Of a DNA stretch of 64,000 nt, positions 8,672 through 16,524 are shown in pieces. The first letter of the stretch is position 1. Each line of letters starts with the position of its first letter. The stretch covers positions 2,322 to 66,321 of the forward strand of contig CAZYLK010000006.1 in the NCBI GenBank assembly GCA_964648365.1. Direction: 5' to 3'. Below the pieces are notes generated by a model, which saw only the letters and a list, made by a program, of their open reading frames with translations, was not told where the DNA came from and did no database searches. A program made the translations under genes and the position numbers. Source of the DNA: an uncultured Phycisphaeraceae bacterium. GTDB taxonomy: Bacteria; Planctomycetota; Phycisphaerae; UBA1845.

Positions 8672-10419
8672 GCCGTCGCCTCCGTCAGGCCGCTGCCGGT
8701 GGGATCGCCCACGTCCACCGTCTCGCTGCGCGTCACCCGTAAGACCTCTTCAAGCGTCGAGTCGCCCGCCTCGACCAGATCGAGCGCCTTGTGCCGCAGC
8801 GTCCGCCACCCGGACTGGGCCAGGTAGGTGCGAATGCCCGCCTCGTTGGCTTCGCTCTGAACCAGGCGACGCAATTCCGCATCCATGATCATGATCTCAT
8901 AGATGCCGATACGCCCGCGGAAGCCGGTGTTGTGGCACTCCCGACAGCCCTCCCCCTTGTGGAACAGGTCGTTCGTGCGATGCTCCCAGCCTACGCTCTG
9001 CAGCAGGCTCGCCGACGGATAATAGGACGCGCCGCACGACGGGCAGATCTTGCGGGCCAGTCGCTGTGACACGAAGCCCAGAACGCTGGACGAAATCAGG
9101 TACGGTTCGATGCCCATGTCGAGCAGGCGCATCACGCCGCCGGGGCAGTCGTTGGTGTGCAGCGTGGAGAGCACCAGGTGCCCCGTCAGCGCCGCCTGCA
9201 CGGCCACCCGCGCCGTGGGCTCATCGCGCATCTCGCCCACCATGATGATGTCCGGATCCTGCCGCAGGATCGAGCGCAGTGCGCGGGCAAAGGTCAGGCC
9301 GACGCCGTCGTTGACCTGAATCTGGTTGATCAGCGGAAGCTGGTATTCAACCGGGTCTTCGATCGTGACGATGTTCGTGCCTTCGTCGCGCAGCAGGTCC
9401 AGGCACGAATAGAGCGTCGTCGTCTTGCCGCTGCCGGTCGGACCGGTCACGAGCATGAGGCCGTACGGACTGCGCACCATCGCCTCGATGGCCATGCGAT
9501 CGCGTTCGCCCACGCCCAGCGCGCCGAGTTCGAAGCTCAGATTGCTCTTGTCGAGAATGCGGATGACGATCTTCTCTCCCAGGATCGTCGGCATACTCGA
9601 GCCGCGCAGGTCGATCTCGCGGCCGTCGGCCACAATGTGGACGCGGCCTTCCTGCGGCAGGCGCTTTTCGGAGATGTCCATCCGCCCGATGACCTTGATG
9701 CGCGAGACGATAGCCGCGTGCATGTTGCGCGGCGGGTGAAGCAGTTCGCGCAGGCGGCCGTCGATGCGATAGCGGATGTGCGTCGCATCGCGATCCGGCT
9801 CGACGTGGATGTCGCTGGCGCCGTCGCGCAGGGCGGTCATGATGGCCAGGTTGACCAGGTTCACCACCGGGCTGCCATCAACCATTTTGTCCAGGTCGGT
9901 GACGGGGCCTTCGTCGATGGCCTCATGCTCGGTGATCTGAACGTCGGATTCCTCGATGGTGGCGAGGAAGGCGTCGACGGTGACCTCTTCGGTCAGGTAC
10001 TTGCGCTGAAACTCCTCCAGGTTCTCCTCGAGCACGAGCACCGGCCGCACGTCGCATTCGGTGAGCTGCCGGAGTCGGTCCATCGTGGGCAGCGACTGCG
10101 GCTCCACCATCGCCACGGTCAGTTCGTCGCGCACGCGGAACATGGGAAGCACGCGCAGGCGCTGCGCCTCTTCCTTGGAGATGCTGCGGGCCGCCTTCGG
10201 ATCGATCAGCCCGTGGCGGAGCACGCAGCCGCGGACGTCGAGCTTCTTGGACAGGGCATTGACCAGCGCCGTCGACGAGATGGCGCCGATGTTGATCAGG
10301 TTGCTGCCGAGCCGCCCGCCCCCCTCCTGCTGCCGCGCCAGCGCAGCCGCCAACTGGTCGGGGCTGATCAGCCCTTCCGAGATCAACTGCTCGCCGAGTT
10401 TGACCGCCTGTTCAATCAC
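8668..10419 (-). CDS. pilB: GspE/PilB family secretion ATPase
   Basis: It has an N-terminal GSPII_E_N-like domain, Walker A GPTGSGKTTTLYS, Walker B DPDIIMVGEMRD, His box GHLVLSTLHTND and a tetra-Cys pattern (CPSC...CRECHNTGFRGR). Confidence 0.95.
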   Translation of the reverse strand: MIEQAVKLGEQLISEGLISPDQLAAALARQQEGGGRLGSNLINIGAISSTALVNALSKKLDVRGCVLRHGLIDPKAARSISKEEAQRLRVLPMFRVRDELTVAMVEPQSLPTMDRLRQLTECDVRPVLVLEENLEEFQRKYLTEEVTVDAFLATIEESDVQITEHEAIDEGPVTDLDKMVDGSPVVNLVNLAIMTALRDGASDIHVEPDRDATHIRYRIDGRLRELLHPPRNMHAAIVSRIKVIGRMDISEKRLPQEGRVHIVADGREIDLRGSSMPTILGEKIVIRILDKSNLSFELGALGVGERDRMAIEAMVRSPYGLMLVTGPTGSGKTTTLYSCLDLLRDEGTNIVTIEDPVEYQLPLINQIQVNDGVGLTFARALRSILRQDPDIIMVGEMRDEPTARVAVQAALTGHLVLSTLHTNDCPGGVMRLLDMGIEPYLISSSVLGFVSQRLARKICPSCGASYYPSASLLQSVGWEHRTNDLFHKGEGCRECHNTGFRGRIGIYEIMIMDAELRRLVQSEANEAGIRTYLAQSGWRTLRHKALDLVEAGDSTLEEVLRVTRSETVDVGDPTGSGLTEATA

Positions 10420-10420
10420 T

Positions 10421-10463
10421 GGAGGAATAGCGAATGGCGAATAGCGAATAACAAATTAAGAAC
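10421..10463 (+). repeat. Family-1 heptad-periodic array, copy d
   Basis: The sequence is GGAGGAATAGCGAATGGCGAATAGCGAATAACAAATTAAGAAC. In the minus-strand mRNA it is pyrimidine-rich and ends ...UAUUCCUCC, 1 nt before the pilB GTG. Confidence 0.85.
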
Positions 10464-10506
10464 AACAATCGCACACCACTTCCTCAACCGCCATACGATG
10501 GCCGAT

Positions 10507-10627
10507 CCTTCTTCCCTTCGTGCCTTCTTCCCTCCGTCGCTTCATGGATTAGTGGCTTCCTGCCTCCGTGTTTTTGTCCCCCTCCGTGGCTCCGTGCCCT
10601 CTTCCCCTCCGTGCCTTCGTGCCTTCC
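10507..10627 (-). repeat. Family-2 octamer-periodic array (CCTTCGTG-type units; purine-rich GGCACGAAG on the minus strand), intergenic copy
   Basis: Read directly from the sequence. It consists of degenerate 8-nt units (CCTTCGTG, CCTCCGTG, GGCTCCGTG and similar). It abuts the STAS stop codon. Confidence 0.8.
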
Positions 10628-10962
10628 TAGAGAAAGCTCCTCACCGCATCCTGCACCTGCTCAAAGAACTGCATCCGCTTGGACAGGCCCGTCAGTTCCA
10701 GCACTTCGCGCACGGTCGGGGCGACGCTGACGAGCCGCAGGCGCGAGGTGCGTTGTTCCATCTGTTCCGCCGCGTCAAGCAGGGCCTCCAGCGCCGTGCT
10801 GTCGACGTAGGGCACTTCGTACAGGTCCAGCACAACGCGGGCGTTTGAGGTCGACAGCCGGCGCTTCAAGCGCTGTGCGAAGACGGTCGCATCGTCTTCC
10901 ACGAGCGTCCCGATCGGCTTGATCACCTCGACCGTGCCGACCTGTTGCGTCTCGATCTTCAC
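10627..10962 (-). CDS. STAS domain protein (anti-sigma-factor antagonist, SpoIIAA/RsbV-like)
   Basis: It is 111 aa with a pattern typical of STAS (VVLDLYEVPYVDSTALEALL...LRLVSVAPTVREVLELTGL). Its GTG start overlaps the upstream stop (GTGA). Confidence 0.85.
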   Translation of the reverse strand: MKIETQQVGTVEVIKPIGTLVEDDATVFAQRLKRRLSTSNARVVLDLYEVPYVDSTALEALLDAAEQMEQRTSRLRLVSVAPTVREVLELTGLSKRMQFFEQVQDAVRSFL

Positions 10963-12485
10963 GTCCGCGCTCCGCCGCCGGTCGCCGCGGACGACTCAGC
11001 CCCCGCCGTCACCGGCGGCGCCTCCTTCGAATCTCCATCCCCTCCCCCGGCCCTGAGTGCCTCCTTACCCGCTTCCCCCTTCGTGCCTTCGTGCCTGAGT
11101 GCCTCCGTGCCTTCTCCCCCCTTCGTCGCTTCGTGGCTTCTTCCCCTAGTGCCTGCTTCCAGGTCACTGGCGATGTTCACTTCGTCGATCCGCGCCTGAC
11201 GGCACATGCGCATGGCCTGCGCCACCATGGCCGTCAGCGGTGGCCGCGTCGTGCCGCTGCCGGACACGCCGCACCGTACGCGCACGGCCACACCCCACCG
11301 CGCCTCGTTGCCGCACAGCGCCTTCAGGCGGGACATCAACTGCTCCAGAATGAGCATCGCCAGGTTCGAGTCGACGCGCCGCAGGAACAGCAAGAAACGG
11401 GTGCCGTCGAAGCGACCGAGGCAATCATCGGTGCGCACCTTCCGCTGCAACAGCGCCGCGGACTCGCGGATGACCTGATCCGCAAGTTCCCACTGGCCGT
11501 TGTCGTTGAGGTGGCGAAGCTGCTCCAACGCGATCACGGCGATCACTGCCGGCTCGCCCTGCCCATAGGCCTGCTTAAGCCCGTGCTCCGCACTGGCAAA
11601 GAACGCCTCGCGAACGAGCAGCCCGGAGACCGGGTCGAGACGCCCGGCGCTGCGGCCGCGACACGCCTCGCCCAGACAGTTCCAGAAATGGTTGATCAGC
11701 AGCGCCGACGCCCGCAGCAACGGGCGATTGTCCGCCGCGTTGCCGTTGAACTGCCCAACGGTCACGACGCCGATGCGACGGGCGCCCTGCGACACGGGAA
11801 AGACCCACGCCAGCGGCTCGTCCGACTCGGCGGCGAGCGCCGTCACGAGTTCTCCCTGCGTCTGATCGCCGGCCAGGAACGCGCGGCCGCTGGTCACGAC
11901 GTGCCCGATGATGCCCTTTCTCGTGCTGCGAAGCTCCTGCTGATCGAACGGATCGACCTCGCGCAGCGGCACCAGGTCTCCGCCTTCGCACAGGATGCGA
12001 TAGAGCTTGACGTGCGTCGCCTGGCAGCACTGGTAGAGCACCGAGCGGGCAAACTCGCCGAACTCGGGCCAGGGGTCGTTGTCGTTGCGATTGGTCTCGA
12101 GCCAGTCGTCGAACTGCTCGATGGCGGCCGCGATGCCGCCCATCGACGTGTCCTGCACGATGACGTGCGCCTGCGTGTCCGCGTGCGTCGGATCGGTCGC
12201 AGACGGCGCCGGCAGCCGCGTCTGAGGCGCCTTGGCCGCCGTCGGTCGCGTGGACGTCGCGGTCCACGAGCCGATCGCCAGGATCGACATCGCGCCGGCC
12301 GCGATGACGGCGGCGCTCCACGGTCGGTCCCAGAATCCCGGGGGGGGGGAAGCGCAGACGAGGGCAACCCAGAACACCGTACACAACGACGCCAGCAGGA
12401 ATCCCCGGCGCGCCCCAAGGAGGCGCGCGCCGACGCCTGCGGCGAGCACAATCGGCAACCAGGGCAGAAGTACGTTCAGGCTCAT
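10959..12485 (-). CDS. membrane protein with a degenerate GGDEF domain
   Basis: It has N-terminal TM helices, and the C-terminal GGDEF fold starts at DPVSGLLVREAFF. The signature position reads LGRFDGTRFLLFL instead of GGDEF/GGEEF. The last ~70 aa are encoded by a family-2 array. Confidence 0.7.
   Translation of the reverse strand: MSLNVLLPWLPIVLAAGVGARLLGARRGFLLASLCTVFWVALVCASPPPGFWDRPWSAAVIAAGAMSILAIGSWTATSTRPTAAKAPQTRLPAPSATDPTHADTQAHVIVQDTSMGGIAAAIEQFDDWLETNRNDNDPWPEFGEFARSVLYQCCQATHVKLYRILCEGGDLVPLREVDPFDQQELRSTRKGIIGHVVTSGRAFLAGDQTQGELVTALAAESDEPLAWVFPVSQGARRIGVVTVGQFNGNAADNRPLLRASALLINHFWNCLGEACRGRSAGRLDPVSGLLVREAFFASAEHGLKQAYGQGEPAVIAVIALEQLRHLNDNGQWELADQVIRESAALLQRKVRTDDCLGRFDGTRFLLFLRRVDSNLAMLILEQLMSRLKALCGNEARWGVAVRVRCGVSGSGTTRPPLTAMVAQAMRMCRQARIDEVNIASDLEAGTRGRSHEATKGGEGTEALRHEGTKGEAGKEALRAGGGDGDSKEAPPVTAGAESSAATGGGART
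11053..11160 (-). repeat. Family-2 octamer-periodic array inside the 3' coding tail of the GGDEF-like gene
   Basis: The run is CCTTCGTGCCTTCGTGCCTGAGTGCCTCCGTGCC... It is translated as ...SHEATKGGEGTEALRHEGTKGEAGKEALR... Confidence 0.8.
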
Positions 12486-13801
12486 CGGGGCGTCCCATCC
12501 TCCTTCGTCTGCTCGTCCGGTTCCTTAAGCAGCATAGCCTCAGCCTCCTCGAAGAGCGCCTGCCAGGGCCCGTCGTCCTCTGCTTCACAACGCTGCCGGA
12601 TGAACCGGGCGAATTCAGCGGCCAGTTCGGGGTCGACGGTGGTCCCCGCCTCGTCCTCGATGATGCTGATCGCTTTCCGCCAGTCGAAGGCCTTGCGGTA
12701 GGAACGGCTGGAGGTCAGCGCGTCGAAGATGTCAGCCACCTGGATGATGCGCGCCTGGAGCGGGATGTCCCGCCCGGCCAGCCCGTCGGGGTACCCGCTG
12801 CCGTCGTAGCGCTCGTGGTGATGCCGGATCCCGTCGAGTGCGCCCGCCAGTTGTGGCACGCGGCGGACGACCTCGAAGCTGCGCACGGGGTGCTCCTTGA
12901 TGTGCTCAAACTCCTCGTCCGTCAGCTTGCCCGGCTTTTTGAGCACTTCGTCGCGGATCCCGATCTTGCCGACGTCGTGCAGCAGCGCCGACCACTCGAG
13001 CATCTGCAAGTCTTCATGGTTCAGCCCGATCTGCCGGCCGAGTTGCGTCGCGTAGTAACCGACCCGGATGGAATGGCCGGACGTATACGGATCCTTCTGA
13101 TCCACCGTCGCCACCAGCGACCGCACCAGGTCGACCGAGACCTGGCGAAGCTGGTGGTGCAGGCGGATGTTGGCGATCAGGTCGGCGCAATACGCGCACA
13201 GCACGTCCGCGAGGTTCATGTCGGCGGCGCGCAGCTCGTCGGTCGTCGTTTCGCGGACGACCAGCGCGATCATGATCAGTTCGGTGTTGCAGACGATCGG
13301 CGCCGCCAGGATTTCGACGATGCCGCTGGCGCGGGCCTCATCGGCCGCGGGCTCAACGATCACCATTTGCGCGTCCGCCGCCCGATCGAGAAACGACGCA
13401 ACCCACGGGGATTCCTGAAGCCGGGACACGTCGCCGGCCAGCGATTCATAACGCCATCTCCCCTTGCCGCCGTCCGCGAAGGCGACCAGATGACGGTTGT
13501 AGGTGGCCGTGATCGTGCGGGCGAAGAGCGCCTTGACCTGCGGCTCGTCCATCACGTTGGGCAGTTGCCGCGTAATGTCGAATACGGCGCCGAGCTGGTC
13601 GTACAGGCCGAGTAACTCGTCCGCCATGCCGGCATGTTCGCACACGACGAGGTGCGCGGCCTGGTCGACGGTATCGAGCGCCGACATCATGTCCCCCGCA
13701 CCCTCGCCTGACCGGAGCCGCTCGCGCATGCTCTTGATCTGCACGAGCAGTCCCGCTGCGGGCGGCTGATCTGCATTCCATTGGACGGGTGTGTCAGGCA
13801 T
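12482..13801 (-). CDS. HD-GYP domain phosphodiesterase (c-di-GMP-type)
   Basis: HD and GYP signatures are present (LLHDVGKIGI and HHERYDGSGYPDGL). The start is placed at ATG 13801, which overlaps the receiver gene by 8 nt. The listed ORF runs to 13960. Confidence 0.85.
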   Translation of the reverse strand: MPDTPVQWNADQPPAAGLLVQIKSMRERLRSGEGAGDMMSALDTVDQAAHLVVCEHAGMADELLGLYDQLGAVFDITRQLPNVMDEPQVKALFARTITATYNRHLVAFADGGKGRWRYESLAGDVSRLQESPWVASFLDRAADAQMVIVEPAADEARASGIVEILAAPIVCNTELIMIALVVRETTTDELRAADMNLADVLCAYCADLIANIRLHHQLRQVSVDLVRSLVATVDQKDPYTSGHSIRVGYYATQLGRQIGLNHEDLQMLEWSALLHDVGKIGIRDEVLKKPGKLTDEEFEHIKEHPVRSFEVVRRVPQLAGALDGIRHHHERYDGSGYPDGLAGRDIPLQARIIQVADIFDALTSSRSYRKAFDWRKAISIIEDEAGTTVDPELAAEFARFIRQRCEAEDDGPWQALFEEAEAMLLKEPDEQTKEDGTPR

Positions 13802-14210
13802 GGTGGAGGGCGGGGTCGTTGCTTTGTGGCTCCGTGGCTTCGTGGCTTCTCCCCGCCAGCAACCGCTCGATGTCGCGCACCAGCTTCGACGGCACAAACG
13901 GCTTGGGATACAGCTCCGCGCCCTGCGCCTTGAGGCGGTTGGCCAGCGCGGTCTGGTCACAGCGCGAACTCAGAACGATGATTGGAATACTCAACTTGAG
14001 TTCACCGCGGACTTTGTCCACAAGTTCGAGCCCGTTGATCTCCGGCATGTTGATGTCGGAGATGAGCATGTCCGCGCCCGCCGCCGACAGAATCTCGACC
14101 GCCGCGGCGCCCGTCCGAGCCTCCAGCGTCTGGTGGCCGTTGCGGGTCAGCCACAGCGACATGATCCGCACCGTGTGAGCGTCGTCGTCCGCGAGCAGTA
14201 TCCTGGCCAT
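13794..14210 (-). CDS. response regulator, receiver domain only (CheY-like)
   Basis: Receiver residues are visible: ILLADDD, MLISDINMPEINGLELV, IIVLSS and YPKPF. The C-terminal tail SHEATEPQS is encoded by a family-2 array. Confidence 0.9.
   Translation of the reverse strand: MARILLADDDAHTVRIMSLWLTRNGHQTLEARTGAAAVEILSAAGADMLISDINMPEINGLELVDKVRGELKLSIPIIVLSSRCDQTALANRLKAQGAELYPKPFVPSKLVRDIERLLAGRSHEATEPQSNDPALHHA
13816..13855 (-). repeat. Family-2 array fragment inside the 3' tail of the receiver gene
   Basis: The plus strand reads GTCGTTGCTTTGTGGCTCCGTGGCTTCGTGGCTTCTCCCC. Confidence 0.7.
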
Positions 14211-14269
14211 ACGTTTGTCCCATCCATGCGTCCGCCCGGCGGCGGCCGCGATTCAGCCGCAGCCGCCCC

Positions 14270-16198
14270 TCAACTCCCCTGCACGCTTGACAGCGACCCG
14301 GCGCGCGACGCGACGTGCGGCAGGCGAACGATAAACGTCGATCCGGCGCCCTTTTCCGAAATCAGGTCGATGTCGCCGCCGTGTCGGCGCACGATCTCGC
14401 GCGCCGTATACAGGCCCACCCCGCTGCCGGTCTGGTTCTGGACTTCCGGATCGTGGGCGCGCTGAAACTTCTCGAACACCCGCTGATGATCGCTCGCATC
14501 GATTCCGATGCCGTTGTCCTTGACCGTGATCATCGCCTCGGTCGCGCCGACCTGGCAGCCGACGATGACGGCGCCAGACTCCCGCGTATACTTCAGCGCG
14601 TTGCCCAGCAGGTTGTTGATGACGACGGCCAGCTTGTCGCGATCAGCGTGCAGCGTCTCGATCTTGGCCGGCAGCGTCAGGCGCAGGTCGATGTTCTTCT
14701 CCTCGGCCAGTCCGCGCACGTCGCGCACGGACTCGGTCAGCAGCGTCTTGAGGTCGACGTCGCCGATCTGAAGCTGAATACTGCCGACTTCCATCTGCGA
14801 GACGCTCAGGATGTCGTCGATCAGTCGCGACAACCGGCGCGTCTCTTTGGTGATGACGTTGTAGCACTCGGTCATCACCTTCGGATCGTCGAACATGCCA
14901 CTGGACAGCGTTTCCGCGTAGGCGCGGATGTTCGTCAGCGGCGCGCGCAGCTCGTGCGTGACCTGCGAGACGAAGTCCTCCCGCGCCTTCTCCGCCCGGA
15001 CCTGCTGGCTGACGTCCTCAACGATGACGAGGCAGCCGTTGCCGAGATTGCCCTTACCCAGCGGAAAAACGCGAACGCGGTAGGAACTCCGGTCGGCGCC
15101 CTCTTTGGCGTCGGCGCCGCCGACTTCGCAGATTTCGTTGCAAGGCTCGAATGTGCCGCCGTCCAGCCCGGACCGCCGGATGATCTGAAACAGCGGCGCC
15201 GCCGCCTCGCTCGGCCGGACGTCCCCCAGCGTCACCTCGCCGTCGCCGTCGGACCCGAGTTCGAAGAGCCGCCGCCCGGCCGCGTTGGCGTATTCGACCC
15301 GACCTTCCTCGTTGACGTGCAGGACGCCGCTCGGCAGCGCGTTCATCGCCTCTGCCAGCGCACCGCCCCCCGTGCGCGAAAGCACCTTCGAAAGCTCGCC
15401 CGTCGCACGGGTCCGCTTGAGCTCATCCTGAAGCGTCTCGACCGTGTCGATCAGATGATTCCACTGCCGGGCGAGCGCGCCGGCCGAATCGGCCACGCGC
15501 AGCGCGCCCAGCTCCTGCTCGATGCGATCGCCATGCTGCCTGAGTTGCCGCGCGATGCGGGCGACGCCTCGCATCTGCCGTCGCAACCGCCTGTAGACCA
15601 CCAGCAGCGCGCCGCAGGCACATAAAACAACAATGAGCGTGTCGGCATGTTCGGCCAGGCCCGCGCCGCGCGGCGGACTCGCCGGTGAAACGCCTTCGAG
15701 GAACAGTCCGATGGGCTGGTAGTCCCGCCGGATGGGCGCGCGGAGCGCGCGCATGGGACCGTTGTAACGCTCGGCCGGTAGGTCGACGATTTCCAGCCGA
15801 TTCGGCGTCAGCGAGCCGGCCGCACTCAGCGGGCTGGTCGAACCGATCTCGCCCGCGTCGATCGACGCGAGCACGACCCGCTGGCCGTTCACGACACGCA
15901 GCGACGAAACGGTCAGGTCCGCGGCATGCCGGCGGACAATCCTCTGCAGCGCCGCCGTGCGCACGCTCGGGTCGGACGGATTCTCTTCCACCGCGCCAAG
16001 CCGATCGGCGAGCAGCTCAAATGCCGTTTCCGTCGCGGCACGGTAGGTCCGACCGCGGTCCTCTTCGGCGTAGCTCATGCCCATGTGCGCCACGCCCGCC
16101 AGTCCGCCCAGATAGACAACGACGATCGAGATGCCGAACCATCGCGGCACCTCTTCCGCCTGCCAGAAGTTGCGCAGCCTTTCGGTCAGTCGCCCCAT
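14270..16198 (-). CDS. sensor histidine kinase (2 TM, PAS-like region, HisKA, HATPase_c)
   Basis: The H-box is FVSQVTHELRAPLTNI, the N-box is NNLLGNALKYT, and the G-boxes are DNGIGI and GSGVGLYTAREIV. Confidence 0.9.
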   Translation of the reverse strand: MGRLTERLRNFWQAEEVPRWFGISIVVVYLGGLAGVAHMGMSYAEEDRGRTYRAATETAFELLADRLGAVEENPSDPSVRTAALQRIVRRHAADLTVSSLRVVNGQRVVLASIDAGEIGSTSPLSAAGSLTPNRLEIVDLPAERYNGPMRALRAPIRRDYQPIGLFLEGVSPASPPRGAGLAEHADTLIVVLCACGALLVVYRRLRRQMRGVARIARQLRQHGDRIEQELGALRVADSAGALARQWNHLIDTVETLQDELKRTRATGELSKVLSRTGGGALAEAMNALPSGVLHVNEEGRVEYANAAGRRLFELGSDGDGEVTLGDVRPSEAAAPLFQIIRRSGLDGGTFEPCNEICEVGGADAKEGADRSSYRVRVFPLGKGNLGNGCLVIVEDVSQQVRAEKAREDFVSQVTHELRAPLTNIRAYAETLSSGMFDDPKVMTECYNVITKETRRLSRLIDDILSVSQMEVGSIQLQIGDVDLKTLLTESVRDVRGLAEEKNIDLRLTLPAKIETLHADRDKLAVVINNLLGNALKYTRESGAVIVGCQVGATEAMITVKDNGIGIDASDHQRVFEKFQRAHDPEVQNQTGSGVGLYTAREIVRRHGGDIDLISEKGAGSTFIVRLPHVASRAGSLSSVQGS

Positions 16199-16524
16199 GG
16201 AGTGTCCGATTCGTCCGATCCAGCCCGAAGGAACCGGCGCACAAGCCGGGTATCCGGGCGTTCCTGACGTCTATCGTTTAGGGTCGCGCTGCGCTTGACT
16301 TGCCGATTGCAGCGATAACCGAAGTGCGCTGACCGACCCGGAACCCCGGACGCAGGCGGCGGGGGAGTCCGGTTCAGCCGCACAGCGGCCCATAAGTCAG
16401 CGTCACGCCCCTGGCCGATAACCACGCCGGACGACCCACACGCCGCCCCGGCGACCGGCGGCGGGCGCCACGGCAATACAACCCGCGCGTCGATCGTTTC
16501 TGCCCCTGGTTCCCGGAGCAGCCT

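Noticed and set aside
9157-10848. 563-aa plus-strand ORF across pilB and the STAS gene. The same pattern applies to 11091..12701, 14315..15625, 18333-region and 53068..54684.
   Set aside because: They are shadow ORFs opposite well-supported genes (Walker motifs, STAS, HisKA, S1 repeats). They cross intergenic repeat arrays in frame only because the arrays lack stop codons.
10507-11160. Possible CRISPR array, because of regularly repeated short units.
   Set aside because: The units are 7-8 nt and contiguous, with no 25-40-nt repeats separated by unique spacers. No cas genes are present.
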